Positions 1-11,210 of a stretch of DNA of 56,953 bases are shown piece after piece. The notes under the pieces are model-generated. The model worked only from the letters and a program-made list of their open reading frames with translations. It was not told where the DNA came from and did no database searches. The position numbers and the translations under genes are program-made. The stretch's first letter is position 1. Every line of letters begins with the position of its first letter. This DNA is from Clostridia bacterium (GTDB lineage: Bacteria > Bacillota > Clostridia > Oscillospirales > CAG-272), in contig JAFYLR010000005.1 of the NCBI GenBank assembly GCA_017550115.1, positions 1 through 56,953 on the forward strand, read 5' to 3'.

Positions 1-401
1 AGTATTTGAAAAGTGAAGAACGAGATGCCTATAGGCAATATGAGCGATAATGCACCCATATGCGTACCGAAAACTCTGTTAATATTCAGTATTATAAAAT
101 TAGTGTATTTGAAGTAAATAAGAAGTCCGATATTTTCAGCAATAGATAGGAGCAAACAGATAATTTTTACGTATTTTTTCTGCTCTTTTCGCATTATGAT
201 ACGCACAAGAAGATAATTAAAAAGGACAGAACCCAAGAATACAGCAAAAAAGTCAAGCTGACCTATCGCATAAAAAACAAGCGAGACAATAACGAGCCAA
301 GCCTTAAGCAACTGCGGCTTTTTTGCCGCGCGCAGAAGACAAAATACTGCGAAAGCAATAGGAAAAAAGCAAAAAATAAAGCTATATGATGAAAAGATCA
401 T
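1..401 (-). CDS. MBOAT-family membrane O-acyltransferase (AlgI/DltB-like), N-terminal 133 codons only; the rest lies outside the window
   Basis: Absent from the ORF track because it runs off the window edge. Own translation from the ATG at 401 on the minus strand: MIFSSYSFIFCFFPIAFAVF...GALSLILPIGISFFTFQI. It is multi-TM and has the GISFFTFQ motif typical of MBOAT N-termini. Confidence 0.65.
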   Translation of the reverse strand, partial: MIFSSYSFIFCFFPIAFAVFCLLRAAKKPQLLKAWLVIVSLVFYAIGQLDFFAVFLGSVLFNYLLVRIIMRKEQKKYVKIICLLLSIAENIGLLIYFKYTNFIILNINRVFGTHMGALSLILPIGISFFTFQI

Positions 402-581
402 TATTTTTGTTTCCTTAAAAGTAATAGTTATATATAATTTTATCATAAAATGTCACATATTGCAATAGCGTAAAATGATTTATATTTTTCCAAAATCCAT
501 CAATTGCTACATAAAATCCTAATATTTCTTGCGTTTTTGCTGTTAAAAGAAAGGTTTTTGGCAAAAAATAAGAAAAATCTC

Positions 582-610
582 TTGCTAAAAATAATGTTCT
601 GTGGTACAAT
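582..610 (+). promoter_or_regulatory. sigma-70-type promoter TTGCTA-N17-TACAAT with extended -10 TG
   Basis: TTGCTA at 582-587, a 17-nt spacer ending in TGG, and TACAAT at 605-610. It lies about 70 nt upstream of the 683 ORF. Confidence 0.5.
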
Positions 611-682
611 TCTATAGATGTGCTATCAGCACAACGCATTTTAGAGTAAAGGATAGTTTGCTAAATGCAAACAAAATATTAA

Positions 683-1201
683 ATGGCTTCATTATTTTTA
701 CCTGACTATATGTTCGATCGATTCAGCGATATAACACCCGAATTTTTACAATCTATCGGTATTCGCTCAGTGTTTGTGGATATAGACAATACTCTTGCAC
801 CGTATGAAGCACCCGATCCGAATCAGAAAGTTATCAAATGGTTTGAAGACCTCAAAAACGCAGGTATAACCGCAATTCTTATGTCGAACAACGATGCCGC
901 AAGAGTTCACCGTTTTAACAAGAGTTTGCGTTTGCCGGCATATTATGACTGCAAAAAGCCTTCTATCAAGAGTTACGTTAACGCACTCTCAAGGCTTGGG
1001 CTTGACCGTGCAGACTCCTGTGTTATAGGAGACCAGATATTCACAGATGTTCTGGTCGGCAAACGTCTCGGTCTGCGTGCAATATTAGTTCCGCCAATCC
1101 GAGATCAGAAAACTATGTTTTTCAGAATAAAGCGTTTTTTTGAAAAACCTTTTATTTTGTATTTCAAACGTCAACAGGTCAAAAAACAGTTTCTTCAATA
1201 A
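683..1201 (+). CDS. YqeG-family HAD-IIIA phosphatase
   Basis: HAD motifs DIDNTL, SNN and GDQIFTD; length about 170 aa. Confidence 0.8.
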   Translation: MASLFLPDYMFDRFSDITPEFLQSIGIRSVFVDIDNTLAPYEAPDPNQKVIKWFEDLKNAGITAILMSNNDAARVHRFNKSLRLPAYYDCKKPSIKSYVNALSRLGLDRADSCVIGDQIFTDVLVGKRLGLRAILVPPIRDQKTMFFRIKRFFEKPFILYFKRQQVKKQFLQ

Positions 1202-1221
1202 TGATCAAGGAGGATCAGCTC

Positions 1222-2073
1222 ATGTCCAAAGCTAAATTCGGTCCGGCGGGAAACAGCGAAAGCTTTTATGCCGCAGGACATAAATCCACAATGGAAGCTT
1301 TCGGTTGGCTTGCCGAAATGGGACTTGACGCATATGAATATCAGGCAGGAAACGGTCTTCGTACCTCAGAGACTACTCTTGCCGCTCTCGGTAAGAAAGC
1401 AAAAGAACATAATATCCTTATGTCCCTTCATACTCCTTACTTCATATCCCTTTCGGGTATAGAAGAAGAAAAACGTCTCAAAAGTATAGACTATATAAAA
1501 GATAGCGTGCGTGCCGCAGAGCTTCTCGGTGCCGATACGATAGTAATCCATAGCGGAAGTGCCGCAAAGATATCTCGAGAAGAAGCGATGATGCTTGCAC
1601 GCGATACACTTGAGCGAGTTGCTGTCGCCACAGAAGGCACGTCTGTGAAGCTTGGACTTGAAACAATGGGGAAAAAGAATCAGCTCGGCACTCTTGATGA
1701 GGTCATAGAGCTTTGCAAGACAGCCCCTTGTTTTGTGCCCGTAGTCGATTTCGGACACCTTAATGCAAGAGAATGCGGCGGGATATTCCCCGATGCTGAT
1801 TCGTATATGAAAGTTTTTGAAAAGATTGGAGAGGCTCTCGGAGACAATATTGCAAAAAATCTTCACTGCCATTTCTCAAAAATAGAATATACCGGTGCAG
1901 GAGAGAAAAAGCATCTAACCTTCTCCGACACCGAGTTTGGCCCTGATTTTGACGGTCTTGCCGAAGCTATCGTGAAAAACGACCTTGCTCCAAGAATCAT
2001 CTGCGAGTCCGCAGGAACTATGGCCGAAGATGCCCTGGCTATGAAACTGAAATGTCTTGAAAAGGAGAGCTGA
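1222..2073 (+). CDS. AP-endonuclease-2 / endonuclease-IV-like TIM-barrel protein
   Basis: ORF 1201-2073. Start moved to the ATG at 1222, preceded by AAGGAGG with a 7-nt spacing. Metal-site-like motifs: HTPY, IVIHSG, LGLETM, DFGHLN, HCHFS. Confidence 0.6.
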   Translation: MSKAKFGPAGNSESFYAAGHKSTMEAFGWLAEMGLDAYEYQAGNGLRTSETTLAALGKKAKEHNILMSLHTPYFISLSGIEEEKRLKSIDYIKDSVRAAELLGADTIVIHSGSAAKISREEAMMLARDTLERVAVATEGTSVKLGLETMGKKNQLGTLDEVIELCKTAPCFVPVVDFGHLNARECGGIFPDADSYMKVFEKIGEALGDNIAKNLHCHFSKIEYTGAGEKKHLTFSDTEFGPDFDGLAEAIVKNDLAPRIICESAGTMAEDALAMKLKCLEKES

Positions 2074-2078
2074 TTAAA

Positions 2079-3152
2079 ATGACAAGAAAAGACAGATTGC
2101 TAAAAGCAATGAACGCCGCCATTGACGGCATTCTTGTAACAAGCGAACTCAATCAATATTATCTGACAGGTTTTAATTATACCGACGGATACGTTCTTAT
2201 AACTCGTGGAAAATCATATCTCATAACCGATTTCCGTTACGTAGAGGCTGCTTTAGCACAGGCGGGAAAAGAGTTTGAGGTTGTTATGCCTGAGAACAGC
2301 ATGCTCCTTGAAATCAAGAATCTACTTGCCGAAAATGGTGTAAAGAAGCTATATTTTGAGGATAATACACTCTCATATTCATCTTATCTTAAGTTTTCCG
2401 AGCTCTTTGAGGGCGTTGAGCTTGTTCATGGCGGCTCTGCTATAATAGAAAATCAGAGAGAATTCAAAACGGCAGACGAGCTTGAGATAATAGCAAAAGC
2501 ACAGGCAATAACAGATGCGGCTTTTGAGCATATTATAAAATTTATAAAGCCTGAAATGACAGAGCTTGAGGTTGCTCTTGAGCTTGAATTTTTCATGCGT
2601 AGTAAGGGTGCACAATCGGTAGCTTTTGATACTATTGCAGTTTCAGGTGCCGCTTCTTCCCTTCCTCACGGAACACCGCAGGCAAGAAAGCTTGAGCGTG
2701 GGTTCTTCACGATGGATTACGGAGCAAGACTCGACGGATACTGCTCTGATATGACTCGCACGGTAGTGCTGGGAAAAGCCGACGATGAGATGAAGAAGCT
2801 TTACAATACCGTTCTCGAGGCACAAAAAGCAGGCATCGAAATGATAAAGCTCGGAGAGAGCTGTATGGCTGTCGATAAAGCGGCACGTGACATTATAGAG
2901 AACGCCGGATATCACGGCTGTTTCGGACACGGACTTGGTCACGGCGTCGGAATGTTCATTCACGAAGCCCCCAGACTGTCTCCCAAGGTATCCCCTGACA
3001 AGAAGCTTGAAGCAGGACACGTTGTAACCTGTGAGCCGGGAATTTATCTGCTCGGAAAATACGGTTGCCGTATTGAAGATATGTTGGCTGTAACCGAGAA
3101 CGGAACCATAAACTTTACAAAGAGTCCAAAAGAACTTATAGAACTATTTTAA
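2079..3152 (+). CDS. M24-family Xaa-Pro aminopeptidase/dipeptidase
   Basis: Creatinase-like N-domain plus the M24 metal ligands: DYGARLDGYCSDMTRT, HGLGHGVGMFIHE, EPGIY, RIED. Confidence 0.85.
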   Translation: MTRKDRLLKAMNAAIDGILVTSELNQYYLTGFNYTDGYVLITRGKSYLITDFRYVEAALAQAGKEFEVVMPENSMLLEIKNLLAENGVKKLYFEDNTLSYSSYLKFSELFEGVELVHGGSAIIENQREFKTADELEIIAKAQAITDAAFEHIIKFIKPEMTELEVALELEFFMRSKGAQSVAFDTIAVSGAASSLPHGTPQARKLERGFFTMDYGARLDGYCSDMTRTVVLGKADDEMKKLYNTVLEAQKAGIEMIKLGESCMAVDKAARDIIENAGYHGCFGHGLGHGVGMFIHEAPRLSPKVSPDKKLEAGHVVTCEPGIYLLGKYGCRIEDMLAVTENGTINFTKSPKELIELF

Positions 3153-3155
3153 GAC

Positions 3156-3196
3156 AAAAATCGGAGTGCAGTTCAAACTGCACTCCGATTTTTGTT
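3156..3196. terminator. bidirectional intrinsic terminator between the peptidase gene (+) and fhs (-)
   Basis: AAAAATCGGAGTGCAG-ttcaaa-CTGCACTCCGATTTTT: a perfect stem flanked by an A-run and a T-run. Confidence 0.75.
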
Positions 3197-3211
3197 TTAT
3201 AAAATTATATT

Positions 3212-4885
3212 TTAGAAAAGTCCGGAAATCTTACCGTTTTCATCAACGTCGATCTTCTCGGCGGCAGGAACCTTGGGAAGTCCCGGCATCGTCATAATAT
3301 CGCCCGTGAGAGCAACGATAAATCCTGCACCCGCCGAAACTTTTACGTTTCTAACGGTTACAGTAAAGCCTTCGGGAGCGCCGAGCTTTGTCGCATCGTC
3401 CGAGAAGGAGTACTGTGTTTTTGCCATACAAACTGGAATTTTATCAAAGCCAAGTGACGTCAATCTGTCAATCTCTTTCTTTGCGGCAGGTGCAAACGTA
3501 ACGCCAACACCTCCGTAAACACGGCAAACTATATTTTCTATCTTCTTCTCAATTGTCTCGTCCAGCTCATAGCTAAACGAGAAATCATTCTCTTCCTCGC
3601 AAAGTCTTACGACCTCTTCAGCCAAAGCCATACCACCCTTACCACCGTCAGCCCAGACGGTTGAAAGTACCACGTTAACACCAAGCTCTTTACATTTCTC
3701 TATAACGAGCTCGATCTCGGCATCTGTATCCGTCGGGAAACGGTTTACGGCAACAACACAAGGAAGCTTGTAAACGTTCTTAATATTTGAAACGTGGCGG
3801 AGAAGATTGGGAATACCCGCCTCAAGAGCTACAAGATTTTCGTTGCCAAGCTCTGTCTTGGAAGCTCCGCCATGCATTTTAAGTGCTCTTACAGTCGCAA
3901 CCATAACAACGGCACTTGGGTTAAGACCCGCATAACGACACTTAATATCAAGGAACTTTTCAGCTCCGAGATCCGCTCCGAATCCTGCCTCGGTAACTGC
4001 GTAATCACCGAGCTTCATAGCCATTTTCGTAGCAATAACGGAATTACAGCCGTGAGCGATGTTCGCAAATGGACCGCCGTGAACAAAAGCAGGTGTACCC
4101 TCCAAGGTTTGAACAAGGTTAGGCTTGAGTGCATCCTTAAGAAGTGCTGTCATAGCACCAACCGCCTTTAGATCACCTGCGGTTACAGGCTTTTCATCAT
4201 AAGTGTAAGCAACAACTATCCTCGAAAGGCGCTCTTTGAGGTCGCTCAAAGAACTTGCAAGGCAAAATACTGCCATAATTTCAGAAGCGACCGTAATATC
4301 GTAACCGTCCTCACGCGGAACACCGTTTACTCTGCCACCAAGACCGTCCGTAACGAATCTCAGCTGGCGGTCGTTCATATCAACGCATCTCTTCCATGTG
4401 ATCCTGCGAGGATCGATATTAAGAGCGTTGCCTTGGTAGATATGATTGTCAAGCATTGCTGCAAGAAGATTGTTTGCAGCGCCGATAGCATGGAAATCAC
4501 CTGTAAAATGAAGATTGATGTCCTCCATAGGAACGACCTGAGCATATCCGCCGCCTGCAGCACCACCCTTGACACCGAAAACAGGGCCGAGAGAGGGTTC
4601 TCTGAGTGCTACCATAACGTTTTTGCCTATTTTTTTAAGGCCGTCTGCAAGACCGATAGTCGTTGTGGTCTTACCCTCGCCCGCAGGAGTAGGAGTTATT
4701 GCGGTAACGAGAATCAGTTTGCCTTCGCCTCGCTTACTCTCGTCAAGAAGTGAAAAATCGACCTTTGCCTTATATTTGCCATATTGCTCGATATATTTAT
4801 CGTCAATCCCCGCAAGTTCTGCAATTTCTGTGATCTTTTTCATTTCAGTAGCCTGAGCTATTTCAATGTCAGATAAGTATGCCAT
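3212..4885 (-). CDS. fhs: formate--tetrahydrofolate ligase
   Basis: 557 aa. Motifs [16 protein letters not shown] and GGYAQV. Full-length FTHFS-like sequence. Confidence 0.95.
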   Translation of the reverse strand: MAYLSDIEIAQATEMKKITEIAELAGIDDKYIEQYGKYKAKVDFSLLDESKRGEGKLILVTAITPTPAGEGKTTTTIGLADGLKKIGKNVMVALREPSLGPVFGVKGGAAGGGYAQVVPMEDINLHFTGDFHAIGAANNLLAAMLDNHIYQGNALNIDPRRITWKRCVDMNDRQLRFVTDGLGGRVNGVPREDGYDITVASEIMAVFCLASSLSDLKERLSRIVVAYTYDEKPVTAGDLKAVGAMTALLKDALKPNLVQTLEGTPAFVHGGPFANIAHGCNSVIATKMAMKLGDYAVTEAGFGADLGAEKFLDIKCRYAGLNPSAVVMVATVRALKMHGGASKTELGNENLVALEAGIPNLLRHVSNIKNVYKLPCVVAVNRFPTDTDAEIELVIEKCKELGVNVVLSTVWADGGKGGMALAEEVVRLCEEENDFSFSYELDETIEKKIENIVCRVYGGVGVTFAPAAKKEIDRLTSLGFDKIPVCMAKTQYSFSDDATKLGAPEGFTVTVRNVKVSAGAGFIVALTGDIMTMPGLPKVPAAEKIDVDENGKISGLF

Positions 4886-4899
4886 AACATTTCTCCTTA

Positions 4900-7800
4900 T
4901 TATTTGAAGTATTTAACAGCTGATTCGAACATCTTCATATCAAATTCACCGAGAACATTCTTGTAAAGTCCGTTTCCTATACGTTCGCTATGTCCCATCT
5001 TACCAAATACTCTGCCGTCAGGAGATGTGATACCCTCGATAGCGAATGCGGAATTGTTGGGGTTATAGCGAATATCGCTTGTTGCGTTTCCGTCAAGATC
5101 AACATATTGAGTTGCGATCTGACCATTTGCCGCAAGTGATTTTATAATCTCGTCAGAAGCCAAGAAACGTCCTTCTCCGTGAGATATCGGAACTGTGTAA
5201 ATATCACCAACGTTTGTCGCGCTAAGCCAAGGAGACTTGTTCGACGCGATTCTTGTTCTGACAAGCTTTGATTGGTGACGTGCGATAGTGTTAAATGTCA
5301 AAGTGGGGCAGTTTTCGTCTGTATCGATTATCTTACCGTAAGGAACAAGACCGAGCTTAATCAAAGCCTGGAAGCCGTTACAGATACCGCACATAAGTCC
5401 ATCTCTTCTATCAAGAAGCTCGTGTACTTGCTCCTTGACTGCCTCTCCTCTGAAGAACGCCATAATGAACTTACCTGAACCATCAGGCTCGTCACCGCCC
5501 GAGAATCCACCCGGCACAAATACCATCTGTGCCGTTTTGAGTTCTTTTGCAAAGCTTTCAACGCTTCTCTGGATTCCGTCCTGAGTAAGATTATTGATAA
5601 CGAATATCTTGGCCTCAGCACCTGCGTCACGCATTACCTTCGCCGAATCAAATTCGCAGTTTGTGCCGGGGAATACGGGGATAAGAACCTTCGGTTTTGC
5701 AGTCTTGACTGCGGGAGCGGCTCTATTTTCTGCCATGAACGAGAAGTTTTCATACTTCTTCAATTCTCCGCCCTCAAGCGTCGGGAATACGTCCTCAAGC
5801 TTACCTTCATAAAGCTTATCAAGGCAACACATACAAGCTTCGCTATCGCCATACGTGAGTTTACCGTCGTCTGTGAATTTACCGACTACCTTGCCATCCA
5901 CGTCATCTGCAACCTCAAGAACAAAAGAACCGTAATTATATCCAAAAATATCGTCAAGATTCATAGATTTATCATAAGCAAATCCGAGTCCGTTACCAAT
6001 ACACATCTTGTAGATAGCCTCAGCAACTCCGCCATACGTAGGAGTATAAGCCGCATACACCTTTCCTGAACGCATAAGAGCCGTGACCTTATCAAAGAGA
6101 GCAATAAGAGACTCTGCCTTCGGGAGATTATCCTCTCCATACTCGGGAGTAAGAAGAATAGCCTTGTGTCCGGCCGCCTTTGCGTCGTTGGTGATAACCT
6201 CGTCACACTTACCTGTTGTAACGGCGAAGGAAACGAGTGTCGGAGGAACGTCAAGCTTCTCAAACGAGCCACTCATAGAGTCCTTACCGCCGATAGCCGC
6301 AATTCCAAGCTCTACCTGTGCTCTGAAAGCACCAAGAAGTGCCGCAAAGGGTTTGCCCCAACGCTTACCGTCTTTCGTAGGCTTTTCAAAATACTCCTGG
6401 AAAGTCAGATATACGTCCTCATAAGATGCTCCGCTTGCAATAAGCTTTGCCGCACTCTCAACAACGGCAAGATATGCACCGTGGTAGGGAGATTTTTCGG
6501 AAATATAGGGGTTATAGCCCCAGGACATATAAGAGCAGGTGTCTGTGTGCTTTTCCTCAACGGAAACCTTGTGTACCATTGCCTGAATAGGAGTTTTCTG
6601 GTGCTTTCCGCCAAAAGGCATAAGCACAGTTCCCGCACCGATAGTCGAGTCGAATCTTTCGCTCAGTCCTCTCTTCGAGCAGACGTTAAGATCGCCTGCG
6701 AGAGCCTTATATCCCTCTGCAAAATCAGTCACAGGAGCTTTTCCATAATTACAATCAGCCGCCGCAGGAGTGATGTCAATATGCTTCTCTGCGCCGTTAG
6801 AATTCAAGAACTCACGGGAGATATCGATTATAGTCTTGCCATTCCAGTGAACTCTGAGTCGAGGTTCCTCTGTCACTCTCGCAACAACAGTTGCCTCAAG
6901 GTTCTCGCTCTCGGCAAGAGTCATAAATCTTTCGATATTTTCCTTTTCGATAACGACCGCCATTCTCTCCTGAGACTCAGAGATAGCAAGTTCTGTGCCG
7001 TCAAGACCTTCATACTTCTTGGGAACTTTATTGAGGTCAATATCAAGACCGTCTGCAAGCTCACCGATAGCAACGGACACACCGCCCGCACCAAAGTCGT
7101 TACATCTCTTTATCATTCTACAAGCCTCTGCGTTTCTGAAAAGACGCTGAAGCTTTCTTTCCTCCGGAGCATTACCCTTCTGAACCTCTGCACCGCAAGT
7201 CTCAACCGAGTGAGAGTCGTGAGCCTTGGAAGAGCCTGTTGCTCCGCCGACACCATCGCGTCCTGTGCGTCCGCCAAGAAGGATAACAACGTCTCCGTCC
7301 TCGGGACATTCACGTCTTACATTCGCCGCGGGAGCCGCCGCAATAACGGCACCGATCTCCATTCTCTTTGCCGCATATCCTGGGTGATAAAGCTCGTCAA
7401 CAATACCTGTTGCAAGACCGATCTGGTTACCGTAAGAGGAATACCCTGCCGCCGCTGTCTGGACTATCTTTCTCTGTGGAAGCTTACCGGGAATAGTATC
7501 CGAAACCGGAACTGTAGGATCAGCTGCACCCGTTACACGCATCGCTGCATAAACATAGCTTCTTCCCGAAAGCGGATCACGTATAGCACCGCCAATACAG
7601 GTAGCCGCACCGCCAAATGGCTCTATCTCTGTCGGGTGGTTGTGTGTCTCGTTCTTGAAAAGAAGTAGCCAATCCTCATCCACGCCGTCAACCGTTACCG
7701 TCATCTTGACAGTACAAGCGTTGATTTCTTCGCTCTCGTCGAGCTTTTTAAGCTGTCCTGTTGCCTTAAGATACTTACCTGCAAGAGTACCGATGTCCAT

Positions 7801-8589
7801 AAGATTCTGCGGTTTCGTTCTGCCAAGCTTTTCTCTTGTGGCAAGGTATTCTTTATATGTTTTTTCGAGAAGCTCATCCTCGAATTTAACGCTGTCAATA
7901 GTTGTAAGGAAGGTTGTATGACGGCAGTGGTCAGACCAGTACGTATCTATCATACGGATCTCTGTTATAGTAGGCTCTCTGCCCTCGCTCTTAAAATACT
8001 GCTGACAGAAAGTGATATCTGAGGCGTCCATTGCAAGACCGTATTTTTTAACAAAAACAGCAAGACCTGTTGTATCAAGGCTGCAAAATCCCTCAAGAAC
8101 CTCTACTGTTGTAGGTATATCATATTTTACCTCAAGAGTTTCAGGCTTTTCAAGCACCGCTTCTCTTGCCTCAACGGGATTGATGACGTATTTCTTTATC
8201 TGGGCAATATCGCTCTCGGAAAGATTTCCTTCGAGAACATACACCTTTGCCGTACGGATTGTCGGTCTATCGCCGCAAGAAAGAATCTGTATGCACTGTG
8301 CCGCTGAATCTGCTCTCTGGTCGAACTGTCCGGGCAGATATTCAACAGCGAAAACTTTGCCGCCTCTCGCATCAAGCTCGGTCGAAGCAATATCAAGCTG
8401 AGGCTCCGAGAAAACAGAACGTACCGCTTCCTCAAAAAGCTTTTCACTTATATTTTCCGCATCATAACGATTGAGAATACGAACTCCCTCAAGTGCATTT
8501 ATTCCAAGAAGTCCTTTGAGCTCGGCATAAAGAGCCTTCGCCTCATTTTCAAGGCCTTTTTTCTTTTCAACATATATTCTATAAACCAT
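4900..8589 (-). CDS. purL: phosphoribosylformylglycinamidine (FGAM) synthase, single-chain form
   Basis: About 1230 aa with a PurS-like N-terminus, AIRS domains and a C-terminal glutamine amidotransferase (GICNGFQ). The ORF track starts at the TTG at 8595. The ATG at 8589 ([12 protein letters not shown]) is preferred because GAAGGAGG sits 7 nt upstream. Confidence 0.93.
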   Translation of the reverse strand: MVYRIYVEKKKGLENEAKALYAELKGLLGINALEGVRILNRYDAENISEKLFEEAVRSVFSEPQLDIASTELDARGGKVFAVEYLPGQFDQRADSAAQCIQILSCGDRPTIRTAKVYVLEGNLSESDIAQIKKYVINPVEAREAVLEKPETLEVKYDIPTTVEVLEGFCSLDTTGLAVFVKKYGLAMDASDITFCQQYFKSEGREPTITEIRMIDTYWSDHCRHTTFLTTIDSVKFEDELLEKTYKEYLATREKLGRTKPQNLMDIGTLAGKYLKATGQLKKLDESEEINACTVKMTVTVDGVDEDWLLLFKNETHNHPTEIEPFGGAATCIGGAIRDPLSGRSYVYAAMRVTGAADPTVPVSDTIPGKLPQRKIVQTAAAGYSSYGNQIGLATGIVDELYHPGYAAKRMEIGAVIAAAPAANVRRECPEDGDVVILLGGRTGRDGVGGATGSSKAHDSHSVETCGAEVQKGNAPEERKLQRLFRNAEACRMIKRCNDFGAGGVSVAIGELADGLDIDLNKVPKKYEGLDGTELAISESQERMAVVIEKENIERFMTLAESENLEATVVARVTEEPRLRVHWNGKTIIDISREFLNSNGAEKHIDITPAAADCNYGKAPVTDFAEGYKALAGDLNVCSKRGLSERFDSTIGAGTVLMPFGGKHQKTPIQAMVHKVSVEEKHTDTCSYMSWGYNPYISEKSPYHGAYLAVVESAAKLIASGASYEDVYLTFQEYFEKPTKDGKRWGKPFAALLGAFRAQVELGIAAIGGKDSMSGSFEKLDVPPTLVSFAVTTGKCDEVITNDAKAAGHKAILLTPEYGEDNLPKAESLIALFDKVTALMRSGKVYAAYTPTYGGVAEAIYKMCIGNGLGFAYDKSMNLDDIFGYNYGSFVLEVADDVDGKVVGKFTDDGKLTYGDSEACMCCLDKLYEGKLEDVFPTLEGGELKKYENFSFMAENRAAPAVKTAKPKVLIPVFPGTNCEFDSAKVMRDAGAEAKIFVINNLTQDGIQRSVESFAKELKTAQMVFVPGGFSGGDEPDGSGKFIMAFFRGEAVKEQVHELLDRRDGLMCGICNGFQALIKLGLVPYGKIIDTDENCPTLTFNTIARHQSKLVRTRIASNKSPWLSATNVGDIYTVPISHGEGRFLASDEIIKSLAANGQIATQYVDLDGNATSDIRYNPNNSAFAIEGITSPDGRVFGKMGHSERIGNGLYKNVLGEFDMKMFESAVKYFK

Positions 8590-8591
8590 TC

Positions 8592-9863
8592 TCAATCCTC
8601 CTTCAATGCCGCAAGAGCTTTCGCTCCGATGTCACGGCGGTAAAACGCTCCCTCAAAGCTGATTTTCTCAGTCTTCTCGTACGCTTTTCTTATAGCCTCG
8701 GAAAGAGTGTCTGCCGTCGCTGTAACGCCGAGAACTCTGCCTCCACTTGTAACAGTCTTGCCGTCCTTGATCGCTGCTCCCGCAACGTAAACGCTCTCGG
8801 ATACCTCACTCGGAATATTTATCTCAAAGCCCTTTTCGTATGCCGAGGGGTAGCCCTTTGATGCCATAATAACACAACAAGCACTGCCGTCCTTGAATTT
8901 AACCTCAGTTTCACTGAGCTTTTCATTCGTAACTGCCTGCATAACAGTCAAAAGATCACTTTCAAGCAAAGGAAGTACCACCTGCGTCTCAGGATCTCCA
9001 AAACGACAGTTGTATTCTATCACCTTAGGACCCTTTTCGGTGAGCATTAGTCCGAAATAAAGACAGCCCTTAAATGTCCTTCCCTCAGACTTCATCGCAT
9101 TCACTGTCGGCAAAAATATCTTTTCCATACATTCAGCCGCAATTTCATCTGTATAATAGGGGTTGGGCGCAACAGTACCCATACCGCCCGTATTAAGTCC
9201 TGTATCTCCATCTCCGGCTCTCTTGTGGTCCATCGAAGAGATCATCGGAACAACAGATTTTCCATCAGTAAACGAAAGAACCGAAACCTCAGGACCTGTT
9301 AAAAATTCCTCAATAACGATTCTATCTCCGCTTTTACCGAAAACCTTGTCCTGCATCATCGATCGCACAGCATCAAGAGCTTCTTCTCTTGTGCCTGCAA
9401 TAATAACGCCTTTTCCGAGAGCAAGTCCGTCAGCCTTGATTACAGTTGGTATCGGTGCACTCTCGAGATATTTAAGAGCCGCATCCATATCCTCAAAAAC
9501 CTTATATTCCGCCGTAGGAATACCGTATTTTTTCATAAGTTGCTTCGAGAACACCTTACTTCCCTCAATTATAGCCGCATTCGCATTCGGACCAAAACAA
9601 GGAACACCTTTTGCCTCAAGGGCATCTACAGCACCAAGCACCAACGGATCATCAGGAGCTACTATCGCATAATCTATACCCTTTTCAAGAGCAAAATTCA
9701 CAATACCGTCAATGTCCTTTGCATCAACGGGAACGCAAACAGCATCCGCTGCAATTCCTCCGTTTCCGGGAAGAGCGTATATCTCGCTTACTGCCTTATT
9801 TTCCTTAATTTTTTTGACAATGGCATGTTCTCTGCCACCACCGCCAACTACCATTATTTTCAT
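8592..9863 (-). CDS. purD: phosphoribosylamine--glycine ligase
   Basis: Starts MKIMVVGGGGREHA. ATP-grasp fold, 423 aa. Confidence 0.95.
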   Translation of the reverse strand: MKIMVVGGGGREHAIVKKIKENKAVSEIYALPGNGGIAADAVCVPVDAKDIDGIVNFALEKGIDYAIVAPDDPLVLGAVDALEAKGVPCFGPNANAAIIEGSKVFSKQLMKKYGIPTAEYKVFEDMDAALKYLESAPIPTVIKADGLALGKGVIIAGTREEALDAVRSMMQDKVFGKSGDRIVIEEFLTGPEVSVLSFTDGKSVVPMISSMDHKRAGDGDTGLNTGGMGTVAPNPYYTDEIAAECMEKIFLPTVNAMKSEGRTFKGCLYFGLMLTEKGPKVIEYNCRFGDPETQVVLPLLESDLLTVMQAVTNEKLSETEVKFKDGSACCVIMASKGYPSAYEKGFEINIPSEVSESVYVAGAAIKDGKTVTSGGRVLGVTATADTLSEAIRKAYEKTEKISFEGAFYRRDIGAKALAALKED

Positions 9864-10015
9864 CGTAATAAATCTTTCTCCTAGTCAAATTAGTGAGAGG
9901 TCGAAATGTCGCTTTTTAGAAAAAAGCTCCGCAAAATTCATCTATCCCCGGAATAGAAAAGTTTGGTCAAGCTTTGGGGAGCTTGCGGGGGTAAGGGGCA
10001 GCGCCCCTCTTTTTC

Positions 10016-11200
10016 TTAGTGGTGGAAGAGTCTCATTCCTGTGAACGCCATCGTCATGCCGTACTTATCGGCACACTCAATAACAACATCGTCTCTTATC
10101 GAGCCGCCGGGCTCTGCTATGTACTTAACACCGCTCTTCTTTGCTCTCTCAATATTATCATCAAACGGGAAGAAAGCATCGGAACCGAGTGCAACGCCGT
10201 CCATAGAAGCAAGGAAAGCCTTCGCTTCCTCGTCTGTAAGCGGCTCAGGTTGGCTCGTAAAGTATTTCTGCCAGTTGCCGTCAGCACAAACGTCCTCTTC
10301 GTTCTTGTTTATATATCCATCTATAACGTTATCTCTGTCGGGGCGTCCGATTCCGTCCTTGAAAGGAAGTCCCAGCACCTTATCGTGCTGACGCAAGAAC
10401 CATGTGTCTGCCTTAGTACCTGCAAGACGTGTGCAGTGTATTCTTGACTGCTGACCTGCACCAACGCCGATTGCCTGTCCATCGTATGCATAGCAAACGG
10501 AGTTAGACTGTGTGTATTTAAGAGTGATGAGTGAGATTATAAGGTCACGTATAGCACTCTCGGAGAAATTCTTGTTCTTTGTTACAACGTTTGAAAGAAG
10601 TTCACGGTCGATCTTGAAATTGTTTCGTCCCTGCTCGAAAGTAATTCCGAAGACGTGCTTATGCTCTATCTCTGCAGGAACGTAATTCGGATCGATCTTA
10701 ACTATATTGTAATTGCCATTTCTCTTTGTCTTAAGAATCTCAAGCGCCTCGGGTTCATATCCGGGAGCGATAACTCCGTCGGAAACCTCACGCTTGATCA
10801 TCTTTGCCGTAGTCACGTCGCAAACGTCAGAAAGAGCAACCCAGTCACCAAAGGAACACATTCTGTCAGTTCCTCTTGCTCTTGCGTATGCACAAGCGAG
10901 GGGAGACTCATCAAGTCCCTCAATATCATCAACAAAACAAGCTTTTTTCAGCTTTTCGGGCAACGGAATGCCCACAGCTGCTGAGGTGGGACTAACGTGC
11001 TTAAAGGAAGTAACTGCGGGAAGACCAAGCGCCTCTTTGAGTTCCTTTACGAGCTGCCAAGAGTTAAAAGCATCAAGGAAGTTAATATAGCCGGGTCTGC
11101 CGGAAAGAATTTCTATCGGAAGCTCTTTGCCACCGTCCATAAATATTTTAGCGGGTTTCTGATTGGGGTTACAACCGTATTTAAGTTCAAACTCTTTCAT
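10016..11200 (-). CDS. purH: AICAR formyltransferase (PurH formyltransferase domain only, no IMP cyclohydrolase/MGS domain)
   Basis: Starts MKEFELKYGCNPNQ. About 394 aa, roughly the size of the AICARFT half of PurH. Start moved to the ATG at 11200, preceded by GAGGTGA. Confidence 0.85.
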   Translation of the reverse strand: MKEFELKYGCNPNQKPAKIFMDGGKELPIEILSGRPGYINFLDAFNSWQLVKELKEALGLPAVTSFKHVSPTSAAVGIPLPEKLKKACFVDDIEGLDESPLACAYARARGTDRMCSFGDWVALSDVCDVTTAKMIKREVSDGVIAPGYEPEALEILKTKRNGNYNIVKIDPNYVPAEIEHKHVFGITFEQGRNNFKIDRELLSNVVTKNKNFSESAIRDLIISLITLKYTQSNSVCYAYDGQAIGVGAGQQSRIHCTRLAGTKADTWFLRQHDKVLGLPFKDGIGRPDRDNVIDGYINKNEEDVCADGNWQKYFTSQPEPLTDEEAKAFLASMDGVALGSDAFFPFDDNIERAKKSGVKYIAEPGGSIRDDVVIECADKYGMTMAFTGMRLFHH

Positions 11201-11210
11201 TTTCGTCACC

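Noticed and set aside
415-639. 74-aa minus-strand ORF
   Set aside because: It is an AT-rich intergenic stretch between the MBOAT gene start and the yqeG-type gene, and it contains a + strand promoter. It has no RBS and a low-complexity translation.
6166-7668. 500-aa ORF on the + strand
   Set aside because: It lies entirely antisense to the conserved FGAM synthase (purL) coding region. The composition is Ser/Arg/Cys/Leu-rich and low-complexity. It has no RBS and no recognisable motifs. This is a typical antisense shadow ORF.
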